A DNA stretch of 64,000 nucleotides from Isoptericola halotolerans (GTDB lineage Bacteria; Actinomycetota; Actinomycetes; Actinomycetales; Cellulomonadaceae): assembly GCF_013149785.1 (NCBI RefSeq), contig NZ_JABEZU010000004.1, positions 372,001 through 436,000 on the forward strand, in the 5' to 3' direction. This document shows positions 31,700 through 41,904 of the stretch, piece after piece (the stretch's first letter is position 1; each line of letters begins with the position of its first letter). Made by a program: the position numbers and the translations under genes. The notes beneath the pieces are model-generated. The model was given only the letters and a program-made list of their open reading frames with translations. It was not told the origin of the DNA and did not search any database.

Positions 31700-32088
31700 G
31701 ATGAGAGATAAACCGTTCATCGTCGTCGTAGGGGTTGTGGAAGATGGGGAAAAGCGGTGTCTGCGCAGGTCAGAGCGCCTGGAGCCCTGTGGAGGCCGCT
31801 GGGGGCGAACCTGTGGGCAACCGGCCGTGCCTGTGGGCGGCCGATTCTGTGCCCACAGCCGTCCACCGTTTTCCTGTCGTTCATCCACGGGTTCGACGGC
31901 GTGGTCCACAAGCATCCACAGATTTGTCCACAGGTGTGCACCTCTGGGTGCCGCGAATCGGGTGAGTTGTCCACTGTTGTCGTCCCCAGGGTGGGGACAG
32001 ACCGGTCCCTGTGGCGAGTTCCCGGCGCCCGCGCTGTGGGCAACCCTGTGAACTCCAGTTCTCCACAGGCCTGTGGAGATGTGGATCA
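31700..32088. other. Chromosomal replication origin oriC (dnaA-dnaN intergenic)
   Basis: More than a dozen DnaA-box-like 9-mers, e.g. TGTGGGCAA 31812, TGGTCCACA 31902, GCATCCACA 31912, TTGTCCACA 31924, TTGTCCACT 31967, TTCTCCACA 32059, TGTGGATCA 32080. Trinucleotide-repeat tract CATCGTCGTCGTAG and a short AT-richer patch near 31700-31731. Confidence 0.9.
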
Positions 32089-33516
32089 ACCCCGGTGCTG
32101 CTGCTTGATGCGGCTGGTGAGCTCGGTGACCTGGTTGTACGTCGAACGACGCTCCGCCATCTGGCCGGCGATCTTCTTGTTCGCGTGCATGACCGTCGTG
32201 TGGTCCCGACCACCGAACTGCTGGCCGATCTTCGGCAGCGACAGGTCGGTCAGCTCGCGGCACAGGTACATGGCGATCTGACGTGCGGTGACCAGGACCC
32301 GGGAGCGCGACGTGCCGCACAGGTCGTCGATCGTCAGGCCGAAGTACGCGGCCGTCTGGGCGATGACCATCGCCGGCGTGATCTCGGTGGCCTGGTCGTC
32401 GTCGGTGATGAGGTCCTTGAGGACGATCTCGGTGAGGGCGAGGTCCACCTGTTGCTTGTTGAGGTTGGCGAAGGCCGTCACGCGGATGAGTGCGCCCTCG
32501 AGCTCGCGGATGTTCGTCGAGATGCGCGACCCGATGTAGCTGAGCACCTCCGCGGGCACGTCCAGGCGTTCGCTGGCGGCCTTCTTGCGCAGGATCGCGA
32601 TGCGGGTCTCGAGGTCCGGGGGCTGGACGTCGGTGATCAGGCCCCACTCGAACCGGGACCGCAGGCGGTCCTCGAACCCGTCGAGCTGCTTCGGCGGGAC
32701 GTCCGAGGTGATGACGACCTGCTTGTCGGCGTTGTGCAGCGCGTTGAAGGTGTGGAAGAACTCCTCCATCGTCTGTTCCTTGCCCTGCAGGAACTGGATG
32801 TCGTCGATGAGGAGGACGTCGACGTCGCGGTACCGGCGTTGGAACGCGCCGGTGCGGCCCTCGCCGATGCTGTTGATGAAGTCGTTGGTGAACTCCTCGG
32901 AGTTCACGTACCTGACCCGGACGTGCGGGTAGAGGTTGTGGGCGTAGTGGCCGATGGCGTGCAGGAGGTGCGTCTTGCCGAGTCCCGAGTCGCCGTAGAT
33001 GAAGAGAGGGTTGTAGGCCTTGGCGGGCGCTTCGGCGACGGCGACGGCGGCCGCGTGGGCGAAGCGGTTGGAGGAACCGATGACGAAGGTCTCGAAGATG
33101 TACTTCGGGTTGAGCCGGGTCGGCTCGGCCGTTTCCTTGCGCGGGGGAGGGGTGGGACGCACGGCCTCCGAGCGTTCGCGCGCGGACGGCTCGGGGTCCT
33201 CCGGCGGCGGGGTGTAGTCCTGCGTGGGTCCGGTCAGCGACTCGTGGCTCAGCTCCGGATCCACCGTGATGCCGAACCGGATGTCACGTCCGAGCGTGGA
33301 GGACATCGCGGAGACCAGCTGGTCGCGCACGCTCGTCTCGAGGTAGTTGCGCGTCTGTTCGTGGGGGACCGCGATGAAGACCGTGTCCTCCAGGATCGCC
33401 ATGGGCTTCGCCAGCTTGATGAAGGCCAGCTGCCGTTGGGTCATGTCCGATCGCGCCTCGAGAGTCGCCAGCGTCTGTGCCCAGACCTCGGTGATGTTGG
33501 TGTCGGGCTGGGGCAC
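32086..33516 (-). CDS. dnaA: Chromosomal replication initiator DnaA
   Basis: [45 protein letters not shown] after GGAGG. Confidence 0.98.
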   Translation of the reverse strand: MPQPDTNITEVWAQTLATLEARSDMTQRQLAFIKLAKPMAILEDTVFIAVPHEQTRNYLETSVRDQLVSAMSSTLGRDIRFGITVDPELSHESLTGPTQDYTPPPEDPEPSARERSEAVRPTPPPRKETAEPTRLNPKYIFETFVIGSSNRFAHAAAVAVAEAPAKAYNPLFIYGDSGLGKTHLLHAIGHYAHNLYPHVRVRYVNSEEFTNDFINSIGEGRTGAFQRRYRDVDVLLIDDIQFLQGKEQTMEEFFHTFNALHNADKQVVITSDVPPKQLDGFEDRLRSRFEWGLITDVQPPDLETRIAILRKKAASERLDVPAEVLSYIGSRISTNIRELEGALIRVTAFANLNKQQVDLALTEIVLKDLITDDDQATEITPAMVIAQTAAYFGLTIDDLCGTSRSRVLVTARQIAMYLCRELTDLSLPKIGQQFGGRDHTTVMHANKKIAGQMAERRSTYNQVTELTSRIKQQHRG

Positions 33517-33556
33517 GGCTGTTCCTCCGGGCGGGGCGATGGGTGGTGCGGCGACG

Positions 33557-33610
33557 ATGTCCACACAGTTTTCCACACCCTGTGGAACCTGTGGACATCC
33601 ATGTGGACGA
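33557..33610. promoter_or_regulatory. Five DnaA boxes in the dnaA upstream region
   Basis: ATGTCCACA 33557, TTTTCCACA 33569, TGTGGAACC 33581, TGTGGACAT 33590, TGTGGACGA 33602. Confidence 0.8.
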
Positions 33611-33845
33611 CGGGCGGCAGACGCTCAGGGTGTCGTCGTCGTCACGCTGCGCCCGGTTGACCTGAGAGCCTCCGACGGCGTAACGTCGGACAGCCGTTCC
33701 AGGTACTTTCGCGCGCCCTCCTCCAGGGGGCGCGGCCTCGGGTCGGCCCGGTCGCCACACTGCCTGTGCGGGTGTCGACCTGCAACCTGACCGACATCGT
33801 CGAGGAACTGACGGTGTACCTCCCCGACGTTTCTTGGAGTACCTC

Positions 33846-33983
33846 GTGAGCAAGCGGACCTTCCAGCCGAACACCCGCCGTCGTGCGAAGACCCACGGCT
33901 TCCGGCTGCGTATGCGCACCCGTGCCGGCCGCGCGATCCTGGCGAACCGCCGTCGCAAGGGCCGCACCGAGCTCTCTGCCTGA
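33846..33983 (+). CDS. rpmH: 50S ribosomal protein L34
   Basis: [45 protein letters not shown]; below the ORF-track length cutoff. Confidence 0.98.
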   Translation: MSKRTFQPNTRRRAKTHGFRLRMRTRAGRAILANRRRKGRTELSA

Positions 33984-33986
33984 GCC

Positions 33987-34343
33987 GTGCTCCCTGCGGC
34001 GCGTCGCATGCGCCGCTCCTTCGACTTCGAACGAGCGGTGCGCGGTGGCGCGCGCGCAGGGCGCTCGACGGTCGTCGTCCATCTGACGCGCGAGCCCGAA
34101 CGGGCGGACGGGCCTTTGATCGGCCTGGTGGTCTCCAAGGCGGTCGGCAACGCCGTGCACCGCAACCTGGTCAAGCGCCGACTGCGAGGCGCGGCGGCGA
34201 CGCCTGCTCGCGACCTGCCTGCGGACGCTCTGGTCGTGCTGCGCGCTCTGCCGGCCGCCGCCACAGCCGACTACGGCCGACTCGAGCGGGACGTCGACCG
34301 CGGTATCCACAAGGCACTGGCCCGAGCGACGGAGCGACGGTGA
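33987..34343 (+). CDS. rnpA: Ribonuclease P protein component
   Basis: [22 protein letters not shown]. Confidence 0.95.
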   Translation: MLPAARRMRRSFDFERAVRGGARAGRSTVVVHLTREPERADGPLIGLVVSKAVGNAVHRNLVKRRLRGAAATPARDLPADALVVLRALPAAATADYGRLERDVDRGIHKALARATERR

Positions 34344-34639
34344 GAGACGGGGCGATCATCGGTCGCAGCCGAGCTCTGGTCAGCGCTGTCCCCACCGCCG
34401 TCCTGGTGGGAGCCATCCGTGTCTACCAGGCCGTCATCTCTCCGATGACGGGGCCGACGTGCAAGTACTACCCCTCCTGCTCGCAGTACGCCCTGGTGGC
34501 CGTTCGGAGGCACGGGCCGTTGCGGGGGAGCGGGCTCGCCCTCTGGCGGATCCTCCGGTGCAACCCTTGGAGCCTCGGCGGCGTCGATGACGTGCCGCCC
34601 GCTCGGGACCACGAGCATCGAGGCGCCCGCACGCACTGA
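34340..34639 (+). CDS. yidD: Membrane protein insertion efficiency factor YidD
   Basis: YQAVISP...[10 protein letters not shown]...RILRCNPW. Confidence 0.94.
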   Translation: MRDGAIIGRSRALVSAVPTAVLVGAIRVYQAVISPMTGPTCKYYPSCSQYALVAVRRHGPLRGSGLALWRILRCNPWSLGGVDDVPPARDHEHRGARTH

Positions 34640-34687
34640 CTTCCCGGGAGCGCGCCACCCGGACCCGCATTCCGACAGAGGAGACAA

Positions 34688-35635
34688 ATGGGCTTCTTCG
34701 ATACCATCCTGTTCCCGATCCAATGGGTCGTGGCCTGGATCATGTACGGGTCCCACCAGCTGTTCACGACGCTCGGTTTCGAGGACGGGCCGGGGTTCGC
34801 CTGGGTGCTGTCCATCGTCGCCCTCGTGGTCGTCATCCGGATCGTGCTGATCCCGCTGTTCTTCAAGCAGATCAAGGCATCCCGAGGGATGCAGATGATG
34901 CAGCCCGAGCTGCAGGCGATCCAGAAGAAGTACAAGAACAAGAAGGACCCCTCGTCGAGGGAGGCCATGGGCCGAGAGACGATGGAGCTCTACCGGAAGC
35001 ACGGCACCAACCCCATGGCGTCGTGCCTGCCGATCCTTCTGCAGTCGCCGATCTTCTTCGCGCTCTTCCGGGTGCTCTACAACCTGCGCCCGATCGCCGA
35101 CGGTACCCAGGAACCGATCGGTCCCATCGACGCAGCCGTCGCCGGGGACATCGAGGAGTCCTCGCTGTTCGGTGCCCAGCTCTCGGACGTCTTCATGCAG
35201 ACCGACGACTGGGGCGCGCGGATCACCATCCTCTTCCTCATCGTCGCGATGAGCGCGACGACGTTCTTCACGCAGCGCCAGCTGACGATGAAGAACATGC
35301 CGAAGGCCGCCCTCGAGGGCCCGATGGCGAACACGCAGAAGATGATGCTGTACGTCCTGCCGCTGATCTTCCTCGTCTCGGGAGTCAACTTCCCGGTCGG
35401 TGTGCTCATCTACTGGACGATCACGAACCTGTGGTCGATGGGTCAGCAGTTCTACACGATCAAGCGCATGCCGGCTCCCGGCTCCGAGGCCGAACGGATC
35501 CTCAACGAGAAGCGCGCGGCGAAGGCCGCCAAGAAGGGCATCGTGCTGGAGGAGCCCACCGAGATCGAGCCGCCCAAGCCGGTCGGCCAGCGTCAGCAGC
35601 CGGTGCGGAAGAACCGCAAGAAGAAGAAGAAGTGA
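34688..35635 (+). CDS. yidC: Membrane insertase YidC
   Basis: IRIVLIPL, NPMASCLPILLQSPIF, GVLIYWTITNLWS. Confidence 0.96.
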   Translation: MGFFDTILFPIQWVVAWIMYGSHQLFTTLGFEDGPGFAWVLSIVALVVVIRIVLIPLFFKQIKASRGMQMMQPELQAIQKKYKNKKDPSSREAMGRETMELYRKHGTNPMASCLPILLQSPIFFALFRVLYNLRPIADGTQEPIGPIDAAVAGDIEESSLFGAQLSDVFMQTDDWGARITILFLIVAMSATTFFTQRQLTMKNMPKAALEGPMANTQKMMLYVLPLIFLVSGVNFPVGVLIYWTITNLWSMGQQFYTIKRMPAPGSEAERILNEKRAAKAAKKGIVLEEPTEIEPPKPVGQRQQPVRKNRKKKKK

Positions 35636-35643
35636 GGTCTGCC

Positions 35644-36168
35644 ATGACCAGCGAGCCCACGGTGGAAGATGGTCGCACCTTGACCGCGCGCCTCGAGGAA
35701 GAGGGGGAGATCGCGGCGGACTACCTCGAAGAGCTCCTTGACATCGCCGATCTCGACGGTGACATCGACCTGGACATCCATCACGACCGCGCGGCGGTCG
35801 AGGTGGTGTCGGAGGAGTCGCCGCGTTCGCTCGATGCGCTCGTCGGTCGTGACGGCGAGGTGCTCGAAGCGCTGCAGGAGCTCACGCGGCTCGCCGTGCA
35901 GGCGAAGACGGGAGAGCGGAGCCGTCTCATGCTGGACGTGGGGGGCTTCCGCGCAGGGCGGCGCGCGGAGCTGGAGTCACTGGCGGCGGAGACGATTCGC
36001 CGCGTGCAGGAGTCCGGTGAGACCGCTTCTCTCGAGCCGATGAACGCCTTCGAGCGGAAGGTCGTGCATGACGCGGTCGCGGCCGCGGGCCTCGTCAGCG
36101 ACTCGGCGGGTACCGAGCCGCAGCGGTATGTCGTGGTACATCCCGGAGAAGCTCCCTCCGGCAGCTGA
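35644..36168 (+). CDS. jag: Jag/EloR family KH-R3H RNA-binding protein
   Basis: LEEEGEIAADYLEELLD, VGRDGEVLEALQEL, MNAFERKVVHD (R3H). Confidence 0.92.
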   Translation: MTSEPTVEDGRTLTARLEEEGEIAADYLEELLDIADLDGDIDLDIHHDRAAVEVVSEESPRSLDALVGRDGEVLEALQELTRLAVQAKTGERSRLMLDVGGFRAGRRAELESLAAETIRRVQESGETASLEPMNAFERKVVHDAVAAAGLVSDSAGTEPQRYVVVHPGEAPSGS

Positions 36169-36207
36169 ACGCAAGCGCGGGGAAGGACCTGCACTCGAGG
36201 GCCTGTT

Positions 36208-36221
36208 GTTTCACGTGAAAC
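36208..36221. promoter_or_regulatory. parS site 1 (inside a 40-bp perfect palindrome, 36195-36234)
   Basis: GTTTCACGTGAAAC exact consensus. Confidence 0.95.
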
Positions 36222-36296
36222 AACAGGCCCTCGACTGTGCTCGTGACAGGTAGATCCCTCGCCGACTGACGGCGGGGCAGTGACAGGATGGTGGTC

Positions 36297-36935
36297 ATGG
36301 TGGACACGGACGAGACGATCGGCACGAGCCCCGCGGTGCGGGAGTACTTCGGAGAGCACTACGACTCGGTCGCGCGGTTCCACGCACGACTCCGGGACGA
36401 GGGAGAGCTGCGCGGGCTCATCGGTCCACGCGAGGTCGACCGCCTGTGGGAGCGCCACATCCTCAACTCCGCGGCCGTCGTCCCGTTCCTGACCGCAGCG
36501 CAGTCCGTGGCTGACATCGGCTCCGGAGCGGGCCTGCCAGGCATCGTGATCGCCATCCTCCGTCCGGATGCGACTGTGCATCTGATCGAGCCCATGGAGC
36601 GGCGCACGACCTGGCTGGAAGAGATCGTCGCGGACCTGGGCCTGTCGAACGTCTCGGTGAAGAGAGGCCGGGCCGAGGAGTACGACGGCGCCCTCGAGGT
36701 CGACGCGGTGACGTCCCGCGCCGTGGCGGCGCTCTCGAAGCTGGCGAGGATCAGCCTTCCGCTGGTGCGTCCCGGTGGAGAGCTGGTGGTGCTCAAGGGT
36801 CGCAACGTCGAGAAGGAGATCGAGCCGGCGCGTCAGGTGCTGCGGAAGCTCACGGTGGGAGATCCCGAGATCCTCGAGGGCCACACTGTCGACGGGATCG
36901 AGTCGACGACGATCCTGCGTGTTCGACGGCGATGA
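36297..36935 (+). CDS. rsmG: 16S rRNA m7G527 methyltransferase RsmG
   Basis: GLIGPRE...LWERHILNS, DIGSGAGLPGI, TSRAVA. ATG 36297 follows CAGGAT-N7; 36288 is an alternative start. Confidence 0.95.
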   Translation: MVDTDETIGTSPAVREYFGEHYDSVARFHARLRDEGELRGLIGPREVDRLWERHILNSAAVVPFLTAAQSVADIGSGAGLPGIVIAILRPDATVHLIEPMERRTTWLEEIVADLGLSNVSVKRGRAEEYDGALEVDAVTSRAVAALSKLARISLPLVRPGGELVVLKGRNVEKEIEPARQVLRKLTVGDPEILEGHTVDGIESTTILRVRRR

Positions 36936-36969
36936 TCCCCGGGATGCCGGGTCCCTGCTGATCAGACGT

Positions 36970-36983
36970 GTTTCACGTGAAAC
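36970..36983. promoter_or_regulatory. parS site 2
   Basis: GTTTCACGTGAAAC between rsmG and parA. Confidence 0.95.
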
Positions 36984-37124
36984 ATCGCCGGATCTCACCG
37001 GCTCGGGTGGTGCGACGAGACGGGGACCAGAGAAGATGTGTGTCACCGACACGGGCGTAGGTGTCAGGCCGTAGAGTGAGCGCGGAACTGCATCGACGTG
37101 CGACGTGACGTGGAGGAACGATCC

Positions 37125-38201
37125 GTGAGCATGAGTCCCGACCATCCGGACGCACCGTCAGGGGCCGGCATCTGGAACTCTCCCGAAACCGCTCCTGGGG
37201 GTGTTTCACGTGAAACATCTGCGACAGCACCCCTGGGGGACGTCCCGTTCAGCGACGATCGTGACGTGCACCGGGAGGCTCTGAAGTCCTCGGTGCCCGA
37301 TGTCGATGACGACACGCCGCTGGCAGCGCAGCTGGCTCTCGACGCCCGTCGTCGGATCGACCTCGACGGGCGCCGGTTCCCGCGGCCCGAGCACACTCGT
37401 ATCGTCACGGTGGCGAACCAGAAGGGTGGGGTGGGCAAGACGACCACGACGGTCAATCTTGCCGCCGGCCTGGCCCGTGCAGGGCTGAAGGTGCTGGTCA
37501 TCGACAACGACCCTCAGGGCAATGCGTCCACCGCGTTGGGTCTTGAGCACCGAGCGGGGACGCCGTCGATCTACGAGGTCCTCGTCGAGGACGCACCGAT
37601 CGAGTCTGCCGTTCAGGCATGCCCCGACGTCGACGGCCTCTGGGGAGTGCCGGCGACCATCGACCTGTCGGGTGCGGAGATCGAGCTCGTGTCGCTCGTC
37701 TCCCGTGAGACACGCCTCCGGAAGGCGCTCGACCGCTACCTCGATGACCGGGTCGCCCGGGGAGAGGAGCGGATCGACTACGTGTTCGTGGACTGCCCCC
37801 CGAGTCTCGGACTCCTGACGGTGAACGCCTTCGTCACAGGGCGCGAGGTCCTGATCCCCATCCAGTGCGAGTACTACGCGCTCGAGGGTCTGAGCCAGCT
37901 CCTCAAGACGATCGAGCTCATCAAGGCCCACCTCAATCCGGAGCTGGTGGTCTCGACGATCCTGCTGACGATGTACGACGGGCGGACGAACTTGGCCCAG
38001 CAGGTGGCCGCGGAAGTGCGGCAGCACTTCCCCGACCAGACCCTCCGGACGACCGTGCCACGTTCGGTGAGGATCTCGGAGGCTCCGTCGTACGGGCAGA
38101 CGGTCATGACGTACGATCCAGGATCGACCGGTGCACTGGCCTACCTGGAGGCAGCCCGCGAGGTCGCGGAGAACTCCGCTGAACGCGCTGACCTGCGATG
38201 A
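37125..38201 (+). CDS. parA: Chromosome partitioning ATPase ParA/Soj
   Basis: NQKGGVGKTTT, DPQGNAS, DCPPSLG, QCEYYALEG. Start uncertain; GTG 37125 follows GGAGG. Confidence 0.95.
   Translation: MSMSPDHPDAPSGAGIWNSPETAPGGVSRETSATAPLGDVPFSDDRDVHREALKSSVPDVDDDTPLAAQLALDARRRIDLDGRRFPRPEHTRIVTVANQKGGVGKTTTTVNLAAGLARAGLKVLVIDNDPQGNASTALGLEHRAGTPSIYEVLVEDAPIESAVQACPDVDGLWGVPATIDLSGAEIELVSLVSRETRLRKALDRYLDDRVARGEERIDYVFVDCPPSLGLLTVNAFVTGREVLIPIQCEYYALEGLSQLLKTIELIKAHLNPELVVSTILLTMYDGRTNLAQQVAAEVRQHFPDQTLRTTVPRSVRISEAPSYGQTVMTYDPGSTGALAYLEAAREVAENSAERADLR
37203..37216. promoter_or_regulatory. parS site 3
   Basis: GTTTCACGTGAAAC in the 5' part of parA. Confidence 0.93.
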
Positions 38202-38340
38202 TGCGCGTAGCATCGAGGCAGGACAGCGCATCGCGACCCGTCGTGGTCCGGGCGGGCGACGTGGAGATGAGCCGCGGCCCGCTCGCTGAGCGCCCGGTGG
38301 ACAGACCCGCACACGGACGGAACCAGGAGGCTGGTGGATC

Positions 38341-39690
38341 ATGAGCCAGAAGAAGCGAGGGCTCGGCCGTGGGCTGGGCGCCCTCATCCCGCAAGGTCCG
38401 CCGCAGGAGAAGCCGGTCGACGTCTTCTTCCCGCAGCGTGACGATGAGAGCAGCTCGCCTGGTGGCGTCCTGGTCGCGGAGGAGGAGTCGACGGGCAGCG
38501 CTTCTGACTCGGCGGCGTCTGCCGGCGGAGCAGGGGCGCCGGATCGATCGGGACGACGCAGCGCCTCATGGGACTCCGCGATCGCCGGTGGACGCCTCAG
38601 CATCAACGGGGGGAGCCGCACCAGCGACGACACCGCAGATCCGGTGGTGGCCCTGGCCGGGCTCGCCGATCAGTGGGAGGCCGAGTCGAAGGCGGTGCCT
38701 CCCGGTGACGCCGAGCTGATCGGCACGATCGAGATCAGTGAGCGCGACGCCCCGGACGATCTGGCCTCGGCGACGGAGCCGGCCGAGGTCTCCGACAGAG
38801 GGTCGGTCAGCGCTCAAGACTCCTCGGGCGAACGGGACGGGACCGCAGACCTGGTCCCGGTGCCCGGAGCGCAGTTCGCCGAGGTTCCCGTCGACCAGAT
38901 CCGTCCGAACAGTCGCCAGCCGCGGAGCGTCTTCGACGAGGGCGAGCTCGATGAGCTCGTCGAGTCGATCCGTGAGATCGGCGTCCTGCAGCCCGTCGTC
39001 GTGCGGCCGGATCCTGACGCGTCTCTCGGGTTCGAGCTCATCATGGGTGAGCGACGGTGGCGCGCCTCCCAGGAGGCCGGGCTCGAGACGATCCCCGCGA
39101 TCATCAGGTCGACCGACGACTCGGACATGCTGCGCGACGCTCTCCTGGAGAACCTCCATCGAGCGGCGCTCAACCCGCTGGAGGAAGCGGCGGCCTATCG
39201 GCAGCTGCTGGATGACTTCGGGTGCACCCACGAGGAGCTGGCCGGCAGGATCGCGCGGTCGCGCCCCCAGATCTCGAACACGCTGCGCCTTCTCAAGCTG
39301 CCCCCGCTGGTCCAGCGACGGGTAGCGGCCGGAGTCCTCTCCGCAGGTCATGCTCGAGCGTTGCTGGGCCTGTCCGACGGCGCAGAGATCGAGCGGCTCG
39401 CGCAACGGATCGTCTCCGAAGGGCTGTCCGTCCGGGCCACCGAGGAGGTCGTCGCGCTGATCTCGGAGGGTGCAGAGGAGAGGCGGTCACCACGGGCGCC
39501 ACGTGCCGGACAGCGCAGCGAGGCGATGGACGAGCTGGCGTCACGCCTCTCGGACAAGTTCGAGACGCGCGTCAAGGTCGACCTCGGCAAGACGAAGGGC
39601 AAGGTCACCGTCGAGTTCGCCTCGGTCGAGGACCTCAACAGGATCCTGACGGTCATGGCACCGGACGACCCCGGGTTCGGACCGCGCTGA
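38341..39690 (+). CDS. parB: Chromosome partitioning protein ParB
   Basis: [40 protein letters not shown]. Confidence 0.96.
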   Translation: MSQKKRGLGRGLGALIPQGPPQEKPVDVFFPQRDDESSSPGGVLVAEEESTGSASDSAASAGGAGAPDRSGRRSASWDSAIAGGRLSINGGSRTSDDTADPVVALAGLADQWEAESKAVPPGDAELIGTIEISERDAPDDLASATEPAEVSDRGSVSAQDSSGERDGTADLVPVPGAQFAEVPVDQIRPNSRQPRSVFDEGELDELVESIREIGVLQPVVVRPDPDASLGFELIMGERRWRASQEAGLETIPAIIRSTDDSDMLRDALLENLHRAALNPLEEAAAYRQLLDDFGCTHEELAGRIARSRPQISNTLRLLKLPPLVQRRVAAGVLSAGHARALLGLSDGAEIERLAQRIVSEGLSVRATEEVVALISEGAEERRSPRAPRAGQRSEAMDELASRLSDKFETRVKVDLGKTKGKVTVEFASVEDLNRILTVMAPDDPGFGPR

Positions 39691-39766
39691 GCAGCGCGGG
39701 CCGGCCGGCCCGCTGCACGGACCGGGCTGCGGACTGCTGACGAGGGACAGGACCAGGGCCCAGCAT

Positions 39767-39780
39767 GTTTCACGTGAAAC
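39767..39780. promoter_or_regulatory. parS site 4 (inside a 58-bp perfect palindrome, 39745-39802)
   Basis: GTTTCACGTGAAAC exact consensus. Confidence 0.95.
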
Positions 39781-40213
39781 ATGCTGGGCCCTGGTCCTGT
39801 CCACGCCGGGGGAGTGGGGCCGACCCGCTCGGGACGCGAGAGCTACCGGGCAGATGCTCACGATGCCCTCGGAGGCCTCGCCTCCCAGGCCCCTGCTGCT
39901 CGCTCAGAAGCCGTGTGCAACGGATGTGGCGACGCTGGACGTGGAGGCAGCGCGACGTGTGCCGGTGACTACCGACGACGCCGACGTCCCCGGGCTCCTG
40001 GGTCGCACCGGTGGCGGCCCCGCCATGACGATGTCTGGTCAAGCCTCGAGCCCACCACTGAGGGTGAGGTGTGCGTGGGCGGCTTCGACGACCCTCCGGG
40101 CGTGGCCTTCGCCGTGTCCGCGCAGCGGGCGGGGAAGGCTGAACGAGCTCAGGACCCGTCGCGCTCACGGGGCCCGACGCGTCGCTTGTCGGGGCCCCGG
40201 AGAGGGCCGCACC

Positions 40214-40227
40214 GTTTCACGTGAAAC
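40214..40227. promoter_or_regulatory. parS site 5
   Basis: GTTTCACGTGAAAC. Confidence 0.95.
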
Positions 40228-40256
40228 AGTCGACCAGGTGACGCGTGAAGCGGGCT

Positions 40257-40270
40257 GTTTCACGTGAAAC
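40257..40270. promoter_or_regulatory. parS site 6
   Basis: GTTTCACGTGAAAC, 43 bp from site 5. Confidence 0.95.
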
Positions 40271-40404
40271 AGTGAACACGACGGAAGCGCCAGGCGTGCG
40301 GTCCTCGGCGCAGCCGCGCGGGGCCCGGGACAGAAGCCAGGACCTCGAGCGCGAGTGCTGGCCACGGCCCCAGGTGGCGGCCGGTCGATCCCGCGCGAGG
40401 ACGA

Positions 40405-40443
40405 CGAAGGCGGCACCGGTCCAGAGAACTGATGCCGCCTTCG
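40405..40443 (-). terminator. Terminator hairpin after trxA
   Basis: CGAAGGCGGCA...TGCCGCCTTCG. Confidence 0.65.
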
Positions 40444-40452
40444 GGGGACATG

Positions 40453-40776
40453 TCAGGCGAGGACGCCGTCGATCTCCTCGGCCAGTGCCCGCTTCGGACG
40501 GGCGCCGATGATCGACTTGACGACCTCTCCGCCCGAGTAGACGTTGAGGGTGGGGATCGAGGTGATGCCGTAGGCCATCGTGGTGGCCTGGTTGGCGTCG
40601 GTGTCGAGCTTGACGATCTTCACCTTGCCGGCGTACTCCTCGGACAGCTCTTCGAGGATGGGGGCGACCATGCGGCACGGGCCGCACCAGGTCGCCCAGA
40701 AGTCCACGAGAACGGGGACGTCCGACTCCAGGACCTCGGACTGGAAGGTGTCGTCGGTGACGGCGACAGTAGGCAT
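40453..40776 (-). CDS. trxA: Thioredoxin
   Basis: VDFWATWCGPC; ATG after GAAGGAG. Confidence 0.96.
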   Translation of the reverse strand: MPTVAVTDDTFQSEVLESDVPVLVDFWATWCGPCRMVAPILEELSEEYAGKVKIVKLDTDANQATTMAYGITSIPTLNVYSGGEVVKSIIGARPKRALAEEIDGVLA

Positions 40777-40802
40777 GTGCGCTCCTTCGGTGTGCGGGAT
40801 GT

Positions 40803-41822
40803 TCAGACGGCGTCGAGCGCGGCCGGCAGCTGCTCCGGGTCGGGAGCGGTGTCGAGGTCGGCCAGGTCGGCGAGGAAGTTCTGGGCGTCCAGTGCCGCGG
40901 CGCACCCTGAGCCGGCGGCCGTGATCGCCTGTCGGTAGGTGTGGTCGACGAGGTCGCCGCAGGCGAACACTCCGGCGATGTTGGTGCGGGTGGACCGACC
41001 CTCGGCGATCACGTATCCGTCGTCGTCGAGGTCGACCTGGCCGGACAGCAGCTCGCTGCGCGGGTCGTGCCCGATGGCGACGAACAGGCCGGTGACGTCC
41101 AGGTCGCGCTCGGCGCCGGTGACGGTGTCGCGCAGGCGGACGCCCGCCACCTTGTCCTCGCCCTCGATCCCGATGACCTCGCTGTTCCAGGCGAAGTCGA
41201 TCTTCGGGTCGGCGAGAGCGCGGTCGGCCATGATCTTGGAAGCGCGCAGAGCGTCGCGACGGTGGATGACCGTGACCTTCGAGGCGAAACGGGTCAAGAA
41301 GGTCGCCTCCTCCATCGCGGAGTCACCCCCGCCGACCACGGCGATGTGCTGGTCGCGGAAGAAGAACCCGTCGCAGGTGGCGCACCACGAGACGCCGCGT
41401 CCGGAGAGCTGCTTCTCCTCGGGCAGGCCGAGCTCGCGGTAGGCGGAGCCGGTGGCGAGGATGACCGCGCGGGTGCGGAACGTCTCGCCGCCGCCGGTGA
41501 CGACCGTCTTGACCGTGCCGGTGAGGTCCAGCGTCTCGGCGTCGTCCCACAGGACGCGCGCACCGAACTTCTTGGCCTGCTCCCGCATGGCGTCCATGAG
41601 GTCGGGCCCCTGGATACCCGGGGGGAAGCCCGGGAAGTTCTCCACCTCGGTGGTGTTCATCAGGGCGCCACCGGCCGTGACCGAGCCGGCGACGACGACG
41701 GGTGCGAGGCCGGCACGGGCGGCATAGATCGCAGCCGTGTAGCCGGCGGGGCCGGAACCGACGATGACGATGTCGTGCGCGGCGGCGTCCGGGCTGGCCG
41801 GGGGTGTCGGCTGGTCGGTCAC
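40803..41822 (-). CDS. trxB: Thioredoxin reductase
   Basis: [30 protein letters not shown]. Confidence 0.97.
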   Translation of the reverse strand: MTDQPTPPASPDAAAHDIVIVGSGPAGYTAAIYAARAGLAPVVVAGSVTAGGALMNTTEVENFPGFPPGIQGPDLMDAMREQAKKFGARVLWDDAETLDLTGTVKTVVTGGGETFRTRAVILATGSAYRELGLPEEKQLSGRGVSWCATCDGFFFRDQHIAVVGGGDSAMEEATFLTRFASKVTVIHRRDALRASKIMADRALADPKIDFAWNSEVIGIEGEDKVAGVRLRDTVTGAERDLDVTGLFVAIGHDPRSELLSGQVDLDDDGYVIAEGRSTRTNIAGVFACGDLVDHTYRQAITAAGSGCAAALDAQNFLADLADLDTAPDPEQLPAALDAV

Positions 41823-41904
41823 ATCTACTCCTGCGTCTCGGTTCGTGGCCGGTGCGGACCGGCATCAGGGGTCAACATCGCTCGAGCCGCCGATGTTCCG
41901 CGGC

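Noticed and set aside
31700..32088. CRISPR-like repetition in the dnaA-dnaN gap
   Set aside because: Repeats are 9-mer DnaA boxes in both orientations with irregular spacing; no repeat-spacer array or cas genes anywhere in the window.
37698..37711. Degenerate parS-like GTCTCCCGTGAGAC inside parA (second VSRET)
   Set aside because: Three mismatches to consensus and explained by ordinary codons for a conserved ParA segment.
39803..40404. Possible ORFs or ncRNA in the parB-trxA gap
   Set aside because: The short ORFs show no motifs or clear codon bias; only the parS sites are supportable.
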